DNA of 40,644 bases from Nemertoderma westbladi (GCA_032718475.1 JAUCBJ010005172.1:1-40644), one strand, 5' to 3'; shown: positions 1 through 12,837, counted from the stretch's first letter. Notes: generated by a model not told the origin, from the letters alone. Numbers and translations are program-made.

Positions 1-1117
1 TTGTTTGGGTTGTATTGGACAACATTTGGGTTACATTGGACACCATATACATTGTTTGGGTTGTATTGGACAACAAACCTTGTTTGGGTTGTATTGGACA
101 ACAATTGGGTTACATTGGACACCATACCTTGTTTGGGTTGTATTGGACAACATTTGGGTTACATTGGACACCATATACTTTGTTTGGGTTGTATTGGACA
201 ACATTTGGGTTACATTGGACACCATATACATTGTTTGGGTTGTATTGGACAACAAACCTTGTTTGGGTTGTATTGGACAACAATTGGGTTACATTGGACA
301 CCATACCTTGTTTGGGTTGCATTGGACAACATTTGGGTTACATTGGACACCATATACTTTGTTTGGGTTGTATTGGACAACATTTGGGTTACATTGGACA
401 CCATACCTTGTTTGGGTTGTATTGGACAACATTTCGGTTACATTGGACACCATACCTTGTTTGGGTTGTATTGGACAACATTTGGGTTACATTGGACAAC
501 ATACCTTGTTTGGGTTGTATTGGACAACATTTGGGTTACATTGGACAACATACCTTGTTTGGGTTGTATTGGACAACATTTGGGTTACATTGGACACCAT
601 ACCTTGTTTGGGTTGTATTGGACAACATTTGGGTTACATTGGACACCATACCTTGTTTGGGTTGTATTGGACAACATTTGGGTTACATTGGACACCATAC
701 CTTGTTTGGGTTGTATTGGACAACATTTGGGTTACATTGGACACCATACCTTGTTTGGGTTGTATTGGACAACATTTGGGTTACATTGGACACCATACCT
801 TGTTTGGGTTGTATTGGACAACATTTGGGTTACATTGGACACCATACCTTGTTTGGGTTGTATTGGACAACATTTGGGTTACATTGGACAACATACCTTG
901 TTTGGGTTGTATTGGACAACATTTGGGTTACATTGGACACCATACCTTGTTTGGGTTGTATTGGACAACATTTGGGTTACATTGGACAACATACCTTGTT
1001 TGGGTTGTATTGGACAACATTTGGGTTACATTGGACACCATACCTTGTTTGGGTTGTATTGGACAACATTTCAGTTACATAGGACACCATACCTTGTTTG
1101 GGTTGTATTGGACAACT
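1..1117. repeat. 49-bp minisatellite (>20 units, runs off left edge), built from two diverged 21-mers plus a 7-bp linker
   Basis: Unit TTGTTTGGGTTGTATTGGACAACATTTGGGTTACATTGGACACCATACC; the 49-aa periodicity in the ORF track equals 3 x 49 nt. The right end overlaps the last ~24 nt of the exon at 1093-1181. Confidence 0.97.
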
Positions 1118-1181
1118 TTTCGGGTGGGGGGTTTTCGTTTTAGCGATCGGTAAGTTTCATCTGGTCTACGATTCGAGATCC
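1093..1181 (-). CDS. CEP350: CEP350-like gene, exon 6 of those visible (gene continues left)
   Basis: Acceptor ttttttactttccag| at 1182; donor AAG|GTATGG at 1092; 89 nt, phase 1 to 0. Reads (G)ISNRRPDETYRSLKRKPPTRKVVQYNPNK, in phase with the previous exon. Confidence 0.7.
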
Positions 1182-1511
1182 CTGGAAAGTAAAAAATAAA
1201 CTAACATTTTGAAAATTTATAATATTAAAACTCAGTTGGATGCGAAAATATATAAAGACATTTATTCCACTACATTACCTTCTTAACACAGATATTTACA
1301 AAGGCAACTTATTTTCCTAATATTTCTACCTTCCAAACAAGAATTAAGTGCGACGGGGGGGGGGGGGGGGGGGGGGGGGGTTTATTGCAAGATACCATAT
1401 ATAACACTTCTCCCTAGGAGAACGTCAACCGGTACTAAATGGAAGCGGCGTGTGAATGAATCCAATTAGTCGCGGACCTAACCGCAACGACTAAAATTAA
1501 ACTCGACAAAC

Positions 1512-1775
1512 CTTCCAAGGTAGCCAGTGCTTTGTTGATTTCCGCGACGTCCTCCACGTGGCCATGGCAACCGGAAGTGGCCAGTCGTTTAGCGGGGCGA
1601 GGGGCGATCCTTCGATCTGATTGGATGGGGTTTGATGCGTCGCTGAATCCGCGATAGGTGTGGACCCGGGGTCCGACGGCGATCTTCCGTTGGTGGGCGC
1701 GGGTTCCGGGGGGTTGGTAGTCCGAGGTTCGAACCGCCTCACCGGCTGTGTGGAGATATCTCCTGGAAGCTGAAC
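1512..1775 (-). CDS. CEP350: CEP350-like gene, exon 5
   Basis: Acceptor gctccaccag| at 1776; donor GAAG|GTTTGT at 1511; 264 nt, phase 1 to 1. The frame differs from the listed 1497..1787 ORF: SASRRYLHTAGEAVRTSDYQPPGTRAHQRKIAVGPRVHTYRGFSDAS...VEDVAEINKALATLE. RKIAVGPRVHTYRGF resembles vertebrate CEP350 RKVATAPPAPAYKGF (from memory). Confidence 0.75.
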
Positions 1776-1799
1776 CTGGTGGAGCAATATAGCGAGTAT

Positions 1800-1965
1800 A
1801 GCACCGGAGGAAACCCGAAGGATCCTCTCTCTTGGCTGTTACCTATAACGCAACCCTTTCTTTACTCCACAGTAGAAGCTGGGTTGTGGGTTCCCAAATG
1901 CTTATACGGACAAAACAGTGAAACATTTATACAGCCTTTAGTCGGATTTGAACCAGCGCCGCCAA
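1800..1965 (-). mobile_element. possible degraded tRNA-derived SINE fragment
   Basis: B-box-like GGTTCAAATCC on the minus strand near 1944-1954; nothing else diagnostic. Confidence 0.25.
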
Positions 1966-2143
1966 AGGCGCTATATGCATTCGTACTCTGCGACAATATA
2001 ACCAAATAATAAATAAAATGTAAAAATGTTTATTATTAGTAAGTTGTGGTCTGTCTGAACTCAACCAGTGTGGCTATTGAGCAAAAGGAAGTAACTTCCG
2101 CGATTATAACCAACCTTATAAATTATTAATAATAATTTTATGA

Positions 2144-4757
2144 CTATTGCCTAACGGCTATTGCCTAACGGCTATTACCTAACGGCTATTACCTAACGGC
2201 TATTACCTAACGGCTATTGCCTAACGGCTATTACCTAACGGCTATTGCCTAACGGCTATTACCTAACGGCTATTAATTGCCTAACGGCTATTAATTACCT
2301 AACGGCACTTAATTGCCTAACGGCTATTACCTAACGGCTATTACCTAACGGCTATTAATTACCTAACGGCTATTACCTAACGGCTATTACCTAACGGCTA
2401 TTACCTAACGGCTATTGCCTAACGGCTATTACCTAACGGCTATTGCCGAACGGCTATTACCTAACGGCTATTAATTGCCTAACGGCTATTAATTACCTAA
2501 CGGCACTTAATTGCCTAACGGCTATTACCTAACGGCTATTACCTAACGGCTATTAATTACCTAACGGCTATTACCTAACGGCTATTAATTGCATAACTGC
2601 TATTGCCTAACGGCTATTACCTAACGGCTATTACCTAACGGCTATTGCCTAACGGCTATTACCTAACGGCTATTGCCTAACGGCTATTACCTAACGGCTA
2701 TTACCTAACGGCTATTAATTGCCTAACGGCTATTAATTGCCTAACGGCTATTACCTAACGGCTATTACCTAACGGCTATTAATTACCTAACGGCTATTAC
2801 CTAACGGCTATTACCTAACGGCTATTACCTAACGGCTATTAATTGCCTAACGGCTATTACCTAACGGCTATTACCTAACGGCTATTACCTAACGGCTATT
2901 GCCTAACGGCTATTAATTACCTAACGGCTATTACCTAACGGCTATTAATTACCTAACGGCTATTACCTAACGGCTATTAATTGCCTAACGTCTATTACCT
3001 AACGGCTATTACCTAACGGCAATTGCCTAACGGCTATTACCTAACGGCTATTACCTAACGGCTATTACCTAACGGCTATTACCTAACGGCTATTACCTAA
3101 CGGCTATTACCTAACGGCTATTGCCTAACGGCTATTACCTAACGGCTATTACCTAACGGCTATTACCTAACGGCTATTAATTACCTAACGGCTATTACCT
3201 AACGGCTATTAATTGCCTAACGTCTATTACCTAACGGCTATTGCCTAACGGCTATTACCTAAAGACTATTACCTAACTGCTATTACCTAACGGCTATTAC
3301 CTAACTGCTATTACCTAACGGCTATTACCTAACTGCTATTACCTAACGGCTATTACCTAACGGCTATTACCTAACGGCTATTACCTAACGGCTATTACCT
3401 AACGGCTATTACCTAACGGCTATTACCTAACGGCTATTACCTAACGGCTATTACCTAACGGCTATTACCTAACGGCTATTACCTAACGGCTATTACCTAA
3501 CGGCTATTACCTAACGGCTATTACCTAACGGCTATTACCTAACGGCTATTAATTACCTAACGGCTATTACCTAACGGCTATTACCTAACGGCTATTACCT
3601 AACGGCTATTACCTAACGGCTATTAATTACCTAACGGCTATTACCTAACGGCTATTAATTGCCTAACGTCTATTACCTAACGGCTATTACCTAACGGCTA
3701 TTGCCTAACGGCTATTACCTAACGGCTATTACCTAACGGCTATTACCTAACTGCTATTACCTAACGGCTATTACCTAACTGCTATTACCTAACGGCTATT
3801 ACCTAACTGCTATTACCTAACGGCTATTACCTAACGGCTATTACCTAACGGCTATTACCTAACGGCTATTACCTAACGGCTATTACCTAACGGCTATTAC
3901 CTAACGGCTATTACCTAACGGCTATTGCCTAACGGCTATTACCTAACGGCTATTACCTAACGGCTATTACCTAACGGCTATTACCTAACGGCTATTACCT
4001 AACGGCTATTACCTAACGGCTATTACCTAACTGCTATTACCTAACGGCTATTACCTAACGGCTATTACCTAACGGCTATTACCTAACGGCTATTACCTAA
4101 CGGCTATTACCTAACGGCTATTACCTAACGGCTATTGCATAACGGCTATTACCTAACGGCTATTACCTAACGGCTATTACCTAACGGCTATTACCTAACG
4201 GCTATTACCTAACGGCTATTGCCTAACGGCTATTACCTAACGGCTATTGCCTAACGGCTATTACCTAACGGCTATTGCCTAACGGCTATTGCCTAACGGC
4301 TATTACCTAACGGCTATTACCTAACCGCTATTACCTAACGGCTATTACCTAACGGCTATTACCTAACGGCTATTACCTAACGGCTATTACCTAACGGCTA
4401 TTGCATAACGGCTATTACCTAACGGCTATTGCCTAACGGCTATTGCCTAACGGCTATTGCCTAACGGCTATTACCTAACGGCTATTACCTAACGGCTATT
4501 GCCTAACGGCTATTACCTAACGGCTATTACCTAACGGCTATTACCTAACGGCTATTACCTAACGGCTATTACCTAACGGCTATTACCTAACGGCTATTAC
4601 CTAACGGCTATTACCTAACGGCCATTGCCTAACGGCTATTACCTAACGGCTATTACCTAACGGCTATTACCTAACGGCTATTACCTAACGGCTATTACCT
4701 AACGGCTATTGCCTAACGGCTATTACCTAACGGCTATTGCCTAACGGCTATTACCTA
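2144..4757. repeat. 14-bp minisatellite (~180 units, some 18-bp variants with extra TAAT)
   Basis: Unit CTAACGGCTATTAC (minus strand GTAATAGCCGTTAG). It fills most of the 1776-4754 intron and starts at its donor. Confidence 0.98.
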
Positions 4758-5070
4758 TCCTCTCATGATTCTCCGGAGGAATAATAAACTTGCGGTCCTC
4801 GTAGTTTGGCTGTTTAAACTCTTCCATTTCGCGACCAAATAATCGCTTATACGCCGTTTCACCGGGACGCTGTGAATGTGTGGAGGGGTCTGTATAGCCG
4901 TTAATATCGAGTTTATTCGAGTACGCGAGTTTTCTGTTCGAGTTGACATCGCAGCCAAACAGAGACGCGTTTCGTGGACTCAATTGGGCCTCCAATACCT
5001 TGGCGTCGTGCTTCAAGTCCGTTAACTTTTCTTCTATATCCCGAGACATAAATCTTTCGTCGGCGATCGC
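4755..5070 (-). CDS. CEP350: CEP350-like gene, exon 4
   Basis: Acceptor tatgtctgtaag| at 5071; donor ATAG|GTAATA at 4754; 316 nt, phase 0 to 1. AIADERFMSRDIEEKLTDLKHDAKVLEAQL... begins coiled-coil-like; phase matches both neighbouring exons. Confidence 0.72.
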
Positions 5071-5409
5071 CTTACAGACATAAAATACATTTTAAATATA
5101 GTCATGGATACCTTTTTCGGTAAAGCATAAACGGATACGTGAATATTTCCACATAGACTAAGTATAGAATCAATTATTGGGGTAATAGTATATGAAATAT
5201 AACTCTATTTCTAGATTGGATTTTATTTAAATTGCAATGATAACATTAACGGTTTTAATTTGTTTGGGTTGTGATGTATTATTATGTTTTTACTGATTAC
5301 CAGCGAGAGTCCGGGTATTAAATTAAATTAGAATGGATGTTAAGCTAGATAACTCATCAATACAGACAGACACACAACCACACTAGCAAACCTTATAGAT
5401 AGTAAGTAA

Positions 5410-5860
5410 TAGGGATGTGGCGAATGTCCGCATCCGCATCCGCACCCATGGCATGCGGATGTGATATGCGGATGTTACATGCACTACTCAAGCATCCTGT
5501 CTGAAGGCCCAGCAACCACTCAATTAAATTTTCAATAATAATTACTTTTTCCCTTATGAAATTTTTTTTATTTTATCTTAAAATTACACTAACACTCGAC
5601 GGGAACAATATAAAAAATGTTTGTGGAATTATTGTTTTGATATATTATGTCCCATTCTGTTCTATAACCTTAGACTCTTGTTAGTTTATAAATATACGAT
5701 TATAATATAATATTAAAATGCTGGTATAACCTTGATGTAAAAGGGCGGCCACGCAAAAATATATATGTTTTAATAGACATCCGCATCCGCATCCGTGCGG
5801 ATGTCACCTCAGACATCTGCATCCGCGGATGTTAAAAATATGACATTCGCAACATCCCTA
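5410..5860. mobile_element. non-autonomous hAT-type MITE
   Basis: TIRs TAGGGATGTGGCGAATGTC / GACATTCGCAACATCCCTA; perfect 8-bp TSD GTAAGTAA (5402-5409, 5861-5868); subterminal (CATCCG)n repeats. Confidence 0.9.
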
Positions 5861-5898
5861 GTAAGTAATAGAGTTGACCGTGATTCAGTAACAAAACA

Positions 5899-8800
5899 GG
5901 TAGGGGTGGGCGCCACTCCTATCTGCTACCCGAGGGTAGGGGTGGGCGCTACTCCTATCTGATACCCGAAGGTAGGGGTGGTCGCTACTCCTATCTGCTA
6001 CCCGAGGGTAGGGGTGGGCGCTACTCCTATCTGCTACACGAGGGTGGGGGTGGACGCTACTTCTATCTGATACCCGAAGGTAGGGGAGGGCGCTACTCCT
6101 ATCTGCTACCCGAGGGTAGGGGTAGGCGCCACTCCTATCTGCTACCCGAGGGTAGGGGTGGGCGCTACTCCTATCTGATACCCGAAGGTAGGGGAGGGCG
6201 CTACTCCTATCTGATACCCGAAGGTAGGGGAGGGCGCTACTCCTATCTGATACCCGAAGGTAGGGGAGGGCGCTACTCCTATCTGCTACCCGAGGGTAGG
6301 GGTAGGCGCCACTCCTATCTGCTACCCGAGGGTAGGGGTGGGCGCTACTCCTATCTGATACCCGAAGGTAGGGGAGGGCGCTACTCCTATCTGCTACCCG
6401 AGGGTAGGGGTAGGCGCCACTCCTATCTGCTACCCGAGGGTAGGGGTGGGCGCTACTCCTATCTGATAACCCGAAGGTAGGGGTGGGCGCTACTCCTATC
6501 TGCTACCCGAGGGTAGGGGTGGGCGCTACTCCTATCTGATACCCGAAGGTAGGGGTGGGCGCTACTCCTATCTGCTACCCGAGGGTAGGGGTAGGCGCCA
6601 CTCCTATCTGCTACCCGAGGGTAGGGGTGGGCGCTACTCCTATCTGATACCCGAAGGTAGGGGTGGGCGCTACTCCTATCTGCTACCCGAGGGTAGGGGT
6701 GGGCGCCACTCCTATCTGCTACCCGAGGGTAGGGGTGGGCGCTACTCCTATCTGCTACTCGAAGGTTGGGGAGGGCGCTACTCCTATCTGCTACCCGAAG
6801 GTAGGGGTGGGCGCTACTCCTATCTGCTACCTGAAGGGAAGGTAGGGGTGGGCGCTACTCCTATCTGCTACCCGAAGGTAGGGGAGGGCGCTACTCCTAT
6901 CTACTACCCGAAGGTAGGGGTGGGCGCTACTCCTATCTGCTACCCGAGGGTAGGGGTGGGCGCTACTCCTATCTGCTACCTGAAGGGAAGGTAGGGGTGG
7001 GCGCTACTCCAATCTGCTACCCGAATGTAGGGGAGGGCGCTACTCCTATCTACTACCCGAGGGTAGGGGTGGGCGCTACTCCTATTTGCTACACGAAGGT
7101 AGGGGTGGGCGCTACTCCTATCTGCTACCCGAGGGTAGGGGTGGGAGCTACTCCTATCTGCTACCCTAGGGTAGGGGTGGGCGCTACTCCTATCTGCTAC
7201 CCGAAGGTAGGGGTGGGCGCTACTCCTATCTGCTACACGAAGGTAGGGGTGGGCGCTGCTACTATCTGCTACACGAAGGTTGGGGTGGGCGCTACTCCTA
7301 TCTGCTACCCGAAGGTTGGGGAGGGCGCTACTCCTATCTGCTACACGAGGGTAGGGGTGGGCGCTACTCCTATCTGCTACCTGAAGGGAAGGTAGGGGTG
7401 GGCGCTACTCCAATCTGCTACCCGAATGTAGGGGAGGGCGCTACTCCTATCTACTACCCGAGGGTAGGGGTGGGCGCTACTCCTATCTGCTACACGAAGG
7501 TAGGGGTGGGCGCTGCTACTATCTGCTACACGAAGGTTGGGGTGGGCGCTACTCCTATCTGCTACCCGAAGGTTGGGGAGGGCGCTGCTACTATCTGCTA
7601 CACGAAGGTTGGGGTGGGCGCTACTCCTATCTGCTACACGAAGGTTGGGGTGGGCGCTACTCCTATCTGCTACCCGAAGGTTGGGGAGGGCGCTACTCCT
7701 ATCTGCTACCCGAAGGTTGGGGAGGGCGCTACTCCTACCTGCTACCCGAAGGTAGGGGTGGGCGCTACTCCTATCTGCTACCCGAGGGTAGGGGTGGGAG
7801 CTACTCCTATCTGCTACCCGAAGGTTGGGGTGGGCGCTACTCCTATCTGCTACCCGAAGGTTGGGGAGGGCGCTACTCCTACCTGCTACCCGAAGGTAGG
7901 GGTGGGCGCTACTCCTATCTGCTACCCGAAGGTTGGGGTGGGCGCTACTCCTATCTGCTACCCGAAGGTTGGGGTGGGCGCTACTCCTATCTGCTACCCG
8001 AAGGTTGGGGAGGGCGCTACTCCTAACTGCTACCCGAAGGTAGGGGTGGGGGCTACTCCTATCTGCTACCCGAAGGTTGGGGAGGGCGCTACTCCTATCT
8101 GCTACCCGAGGGTAGGGGTGGGCGCTACTCCAATCTGATACCCGAAGGTAGGGATGGGCGCTACTCCTATCTGCTACCCGAGGGTAGGGGTGGGCGCTAC
8201 TCCTATCTGCTACCCGAAGGTTGGGGAGGGCGCTACTCCTATCTGCTACCCGAAGGTTGGGGAGGGCGCTACCCGAAGGTTGGGGAGGGCGCTACCCGAA
8301 GGTTGGGGAGGGCGCTACTCCTATCTGCTACACGAAGGTAGGGGTGGGTGCTACTCCTATCTGCTACCCGGAGGTAGGGGTGGGAGCTACTCCTATCTGC
8401 TACCTGAAGGGAAGGTAGGGGTGGGCGCTACTCCTATCTGCTACACGAAGGTAGGGGTGGGCGCTGCTCCTATTTGCTACACGAAGGTAGGGGTGGGCGC
8501 TACTCCTATCTGCTACCCGAAGGTTGGGGAGGGCGCTACTCCTATCTGCTACCCGAGGGTAGGGGTGGGCGCTACTCCTATCTGATACCCGAAGGTAGGG
8601 ATGGGCGCTACTCCTATCTGCTACCCGAGGGTTGGGGAGGGCGCTACTCCTACCTGCTACCCGAAGGTAGGGGTGGGCGCTACTCCTATCTGCTACCCGA
8701 GGGTAGGGGTGGGAGCTACTCCTATCTGCTACCCGAAGGTTGGGGTGGGCGCTACTCCTATCTGCTACCCGAAGGTTGGGGAGGGCGCTACTCCTACCTG

Positions 8801-11800
8801 CTACCCGAAGGTAGGGGTGGGCGCTACTCCTATCTGCTACCCGAAGGTTGGGGTGGGCGCTACTCCTATCTGCTACCCGAAGGTTGGGGTGGGCGCTACT
8901 CCTATCTGCTACCCGAAGGTTGGGGAGGGCGCTACTCCTAACTGCTACCCGAAGGTAGGGGTGGGGGCTACTCCTATCTGCTACCCGAAGGTTGGGGAGG
9001 GCGCTACTCCTATCTGCTACCCGAGGGTAGGGGTGGGCGCTACTCCAATCTGATACCCGAAGGTAGGGATGGGCGCTACTCCTATCTGCTACCCGAGGGT
9101 AGGGGTGGGCGCTACTCCTATCTGCTACCCGAAGGTTGGGGAGGGCGCTACTCCTATCTGCTACCCGAAGGTTGGGGAGGGCGCTACCCGAAGGTTGGGG
9201 AGGGCGCTACCCGAAGGTTGGGGAGGGCGCTACTCCTATCTGCTACACGAAGGTAGGGGTGGGTGCTACTCCTATCTGCTACCCGGAGGTAGGGGTGGGA
9301 GCTACTCCTATCTGCTACCTGAAGGGAAGGTAGGGGTGGGCGCTACTCCTATCTGCTACACGAAGGTAGGGGTGGGCGCTGCTCCTATTTGCTACACGAA
9401 GGTAGGGGTGGGCGCTACTCCTATCTGCTACCCGAAGGTTGGGGAGGGCGCTACTCCTATCTGCTACCCGAGGGTAGGGGTGGGCGCTACTCCTATCTGA
9501 TACCCGAAGGTAGGGATGGGCGCTACTCCTATCTGCTACCCGAGGGTAGGGGTGGGCGCTACTCCTATCTGCTACACGAAGGTAGGGGTGGGCGCTACTC
9601 CTATCTGCTACCCGAATATAGGGGTGGGAGCTACTCCTATCTGCTACCCGAGGGTAGGGGAGGGCGCCACTCCTATCTGCTACCCGAGGGTAGGGGTGGG
9701 CGCTACTCCTATCTGCTACCCGAGTGTAGGGGTGGGCGCCACTCCTATCTGCTACCCGAAGGTTGGGGAGGGCGCTACGCCTATCTGCTACCCGAAGGTA
9801 GGGGTGGGCGCTACTCCTATCTGCTAGCCGACGGTAGGGGTGGGCGCTACTCCTATCTGCTACCCGAAGGTAGGGGTGGGCGCTACTCCTATCTGCCACC
9901 CGAAGGTTGGGGAGGGCGCCACTCCTATCTGCTACCCGAGGGTAGGGGTGGGCGCTACTCCTATCTGCTACCCGAGTGTAGGGGTGGGCGCCACTCCTAT
10001 CTGCTACCCGAAGGTTGGGGAGGGCGCTACGCCTATCTGCTACCCGAAGGTAGGGGTGGGCGCTACTCCTATCTGCTAGCCGACGGTAGGGGTGGGCGCT
10101 ACTCCTATCTGCTACCCGAGTGTAGGGGTGGGCGCCACTCCTATCTGCTACCCGAAGGTTGGGGAGGGCGTTACGCCTATCTGCTACGCGAAGGTAGGGG
10201 TGGGCGCTACTCCTATCTGCTAGCCGACGGTAGGGGTGGGCGCTACTCATATCTGCCACCCGAGGGTAGGGGTGGGCGCTACTCCTATATGCTACCCGAA
10301 GGTAGGGGTGGGCGCTACTCCTATCTGCTAGCCGACGGTAGGGGTGGGCGCTACTCATATCTGCCACCCGAGGGTAGGGGTGGGCGCTACTCCTATCTGC
10401 CACCCGAAGGTTGGGGTGGGCGCTACTCCTATCTGCTAGCCGACGGTAGGGGTGGGCGCTACTCATGTCTGCCACCCGAGGGTAGGGGTGGGCGCTACTC
10501 CTATCTGCTACCCGAGGGTAGGGGTGGGCGCTACTCCTATCTGCTACCCGAAGGTAGGGGTGGGCGCTACTCCTATATGCTACCCGAAGGTAGGGGTGGG
10601 CGCTACTCCTATCTGCCACCCGAGGGTAGGGGTGGGCGCTACTCCTATATGCTACCCGAGGGTAGGGGTGGGCGCTACTCCTATCTGCTAGCCGACGGTA
10701 GGGGTGGGCGCTACTCATATCTGCCACCCCAGGGTAGGGGTGGGCGCTACACCTATATGCTACCCGAAGGTAGGGGTGGGCGCTACTCCTATCTGCCACC
10801 CGAGGGTAGGGGTGGGCGCTACTCCTATCTGCCACCCGAGGGTAGGGGTGGGCGCTACTCCTATATGCTACCCGACGGTAGGGGTGGGCGCTACTGCTAT
10901 CTGCTACCCGAAGGTTGGGGTGGGCGCTACGCCTATCTGCTACCCGAAGGTAGGGGTGGGCGCTACTCCTATCTGCTAGCCGACGGTAGGGGTGGGCGCT
11001 ACTCCTATCTGATACCCGAAGGTAGGGGTGGGCGCTACTCCTATCTGCTACCCGAGGGTAGGGGTAGGCGCCACTCCTATCTGCTACCCGAGGGTAGGGG
11101 TGGGCGCTACTCCTATCTGATACCCGAAGGTAGGGGTGGGCGCTACTCCTATCTGCTACCCGAGGGTAGGGGTGGGCGCCACTCCTATCTGCTACCCGAG
11201 GGTAGGGGTGGGCGCTACTCCTATCTGCTACTCGAAGGTTGGGGAGGGCGCTACTCCTATCTGCTACCCGAAGGTAGGGGTGGGCGCTACTCCTATCTGC
11301 TACCTGAAGGGAAGGTAGGGGTGGGCGCTACTCCTATCTGCCACCCGAGGGTAGGGGTGGGCGCTACTCCTATATGCTACCCGACGGTAGGGGTGGGCGC
11401 TACTGCTATCTGCTACCCGAAGGTTGGGGTGGGCGCTACGCCTATCTGCTACCCGAAGGTAGGGGTGGGCGCTACTCCTATCTGCTAGCCGACGGTAGGG
11501 GTGGGCGCTACTCCTATCTGCTACCCGAAGGTTGGGGTGGGCGCTACTCCTATCTGCTACCCGAGGGTAGGGGTGGGCGCTACTCCTATATGCTACCCGA
11601 AGGTAGGGGTGGGCGCTACTCCTATCTGCTACCCGAGGGTTGGGGAGGGCGCTACTCCTATCTGCTACCCGAAGGTAGGGGTGGGCGCTACTCCTATCTG
11701 CTACCCGAGGGTAGGGGTGGGCGCTACTCCTATCTGCTACCCGAGGGTAGGGGTGGGCGCTACTCATATCTGCTACCCGAAGGTAGGGGTGGGCGCTACT

Positions 11801-12837
11801 CCTATCTGCTAGCCGACGGTAGGGGTGGGCGCTACTCCTATCTGCTACCCGAAGGTTGGGGTGGGCGCTACTCCTATCTGCTACCCGAGGGTAGGGGTGG
11901 GCGCTACTCCTATCTGCTACCCGAAGGTAGGGGTGGGCGCTACTCCTATCTGCTAGCCGACGGTAGGGGTGGGCGCTACTCCTATCTGCTACCCGAGGGT
12001 AGGGGTGGGCGCTACTCCTATCTGCTACCCGAGGGTAGGGGTGGGCGCTACTCCTATCTGCTACCCGAAGGTAGGGGTGGGCGCTACTCCTATCTGCTAG
12101 CCGACGGTAGGGGTGGGCGCTACTCCTATCTGCTACCCGAAGATAGGGGTGGGCGCTACTCCTATCTGCTACCCGAGGGTAGGGGTGGGCGCTACTCCTA
12201 TATGCTACCCGAAGGTAGGGGTGGGCGCTACTCCTATCTGCTACCCGAGGGTTGGGGAGGGCGCTACTCCTATCTGCTACCCGAAGGTAGGGGTGGGCGC
12301 TACTCCTATCTGCTAGCCGACGGTAGGGGTGGGCGCTACTCCTATCTGCTACCCGAGGGTAGGGGTGGGCGCTACTCCTATCTGCTACCCGAAGGTAGGG
12401 GTGGGCGCTACTCCTATCTGCTAGCCGACGGTAGGGGTGGGCGATACTCCTATCTGCTACCCGAAGATAGGGGTGGGCGCTACTCCTATCTGCTACCAGA
12501 GGGTAGGGGTGGGCGCTACTCCTATCTGCTACCCGAAGGTAGGGGTGGGCGCTACTCCTATCTGCTAGCCGACGGTAGGGGTGGGCGCTACTCCTATCTG
12601 CTACCCGAGGGTAGGGGTGGGCGCTACTCCTATCTGCTACCCGAAGGTAGGGGTGGGCGCTACTCCTATCTGCTACCCGGAGGTAGGGGTGGGCGCTACT
12701 CCTATATGCTACCCGAAGGTAGGGGTGGGCGCTACTCCTATCTGCTAGCCGACGGTAGGGGTGGGCGCTACTCATATCTGCCACCCGAGGGTAGGGGTGG
12801 GCGCTACTCCTACCTACCACCCGAGGGTAGGGGTGGG
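5899..12837. repeat. 36-bp G-rich minisatellite (~190 units, ~6.9 kb) within an intron
   Basis: Unit AAGGTAGGGGTGGGCGCTACTCCTATCTGCTACCCG; accounts for all 12-aa-period ORFs between 6663 and 12840. Confidence 0.98.

Noticed and set aside
1-1153. Three overlapping 355-382 aa plus-strand ORFs
   Set aside because: They arise from a stop-free 49-bp unit read in rotating frames, antisense to the real gene.
1354-1380. Long poly-G/poly-C runs here and at about 16213, 16302, 20000, 28235, 31538 and 40582
   Set aside because: Common in such genomes, several lie inside MITEs, and their lengths are unreliable in sequencing.
1497-1787. Listed 96-aa ORF taken as the protein frame
   Set aside because: Splice phase and the CEP350-like motif point to a different frame of the same exon.
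2144-4757. Telomeric repeat (CCTAAC similarity to TTAGG/TTAGGG)
   Set aside because: The unit is 14 bp, interstitial and explained by the local splice-donor sequence.
5893-5910. CAG|GTAGGG at the start of the 36-bp array as a third donor-seeded repeat
   Set aside because: It is on the strand antisense to the gene and I find no plus-strand exon upstream; worth revisiting only if antisense transcripts exist.
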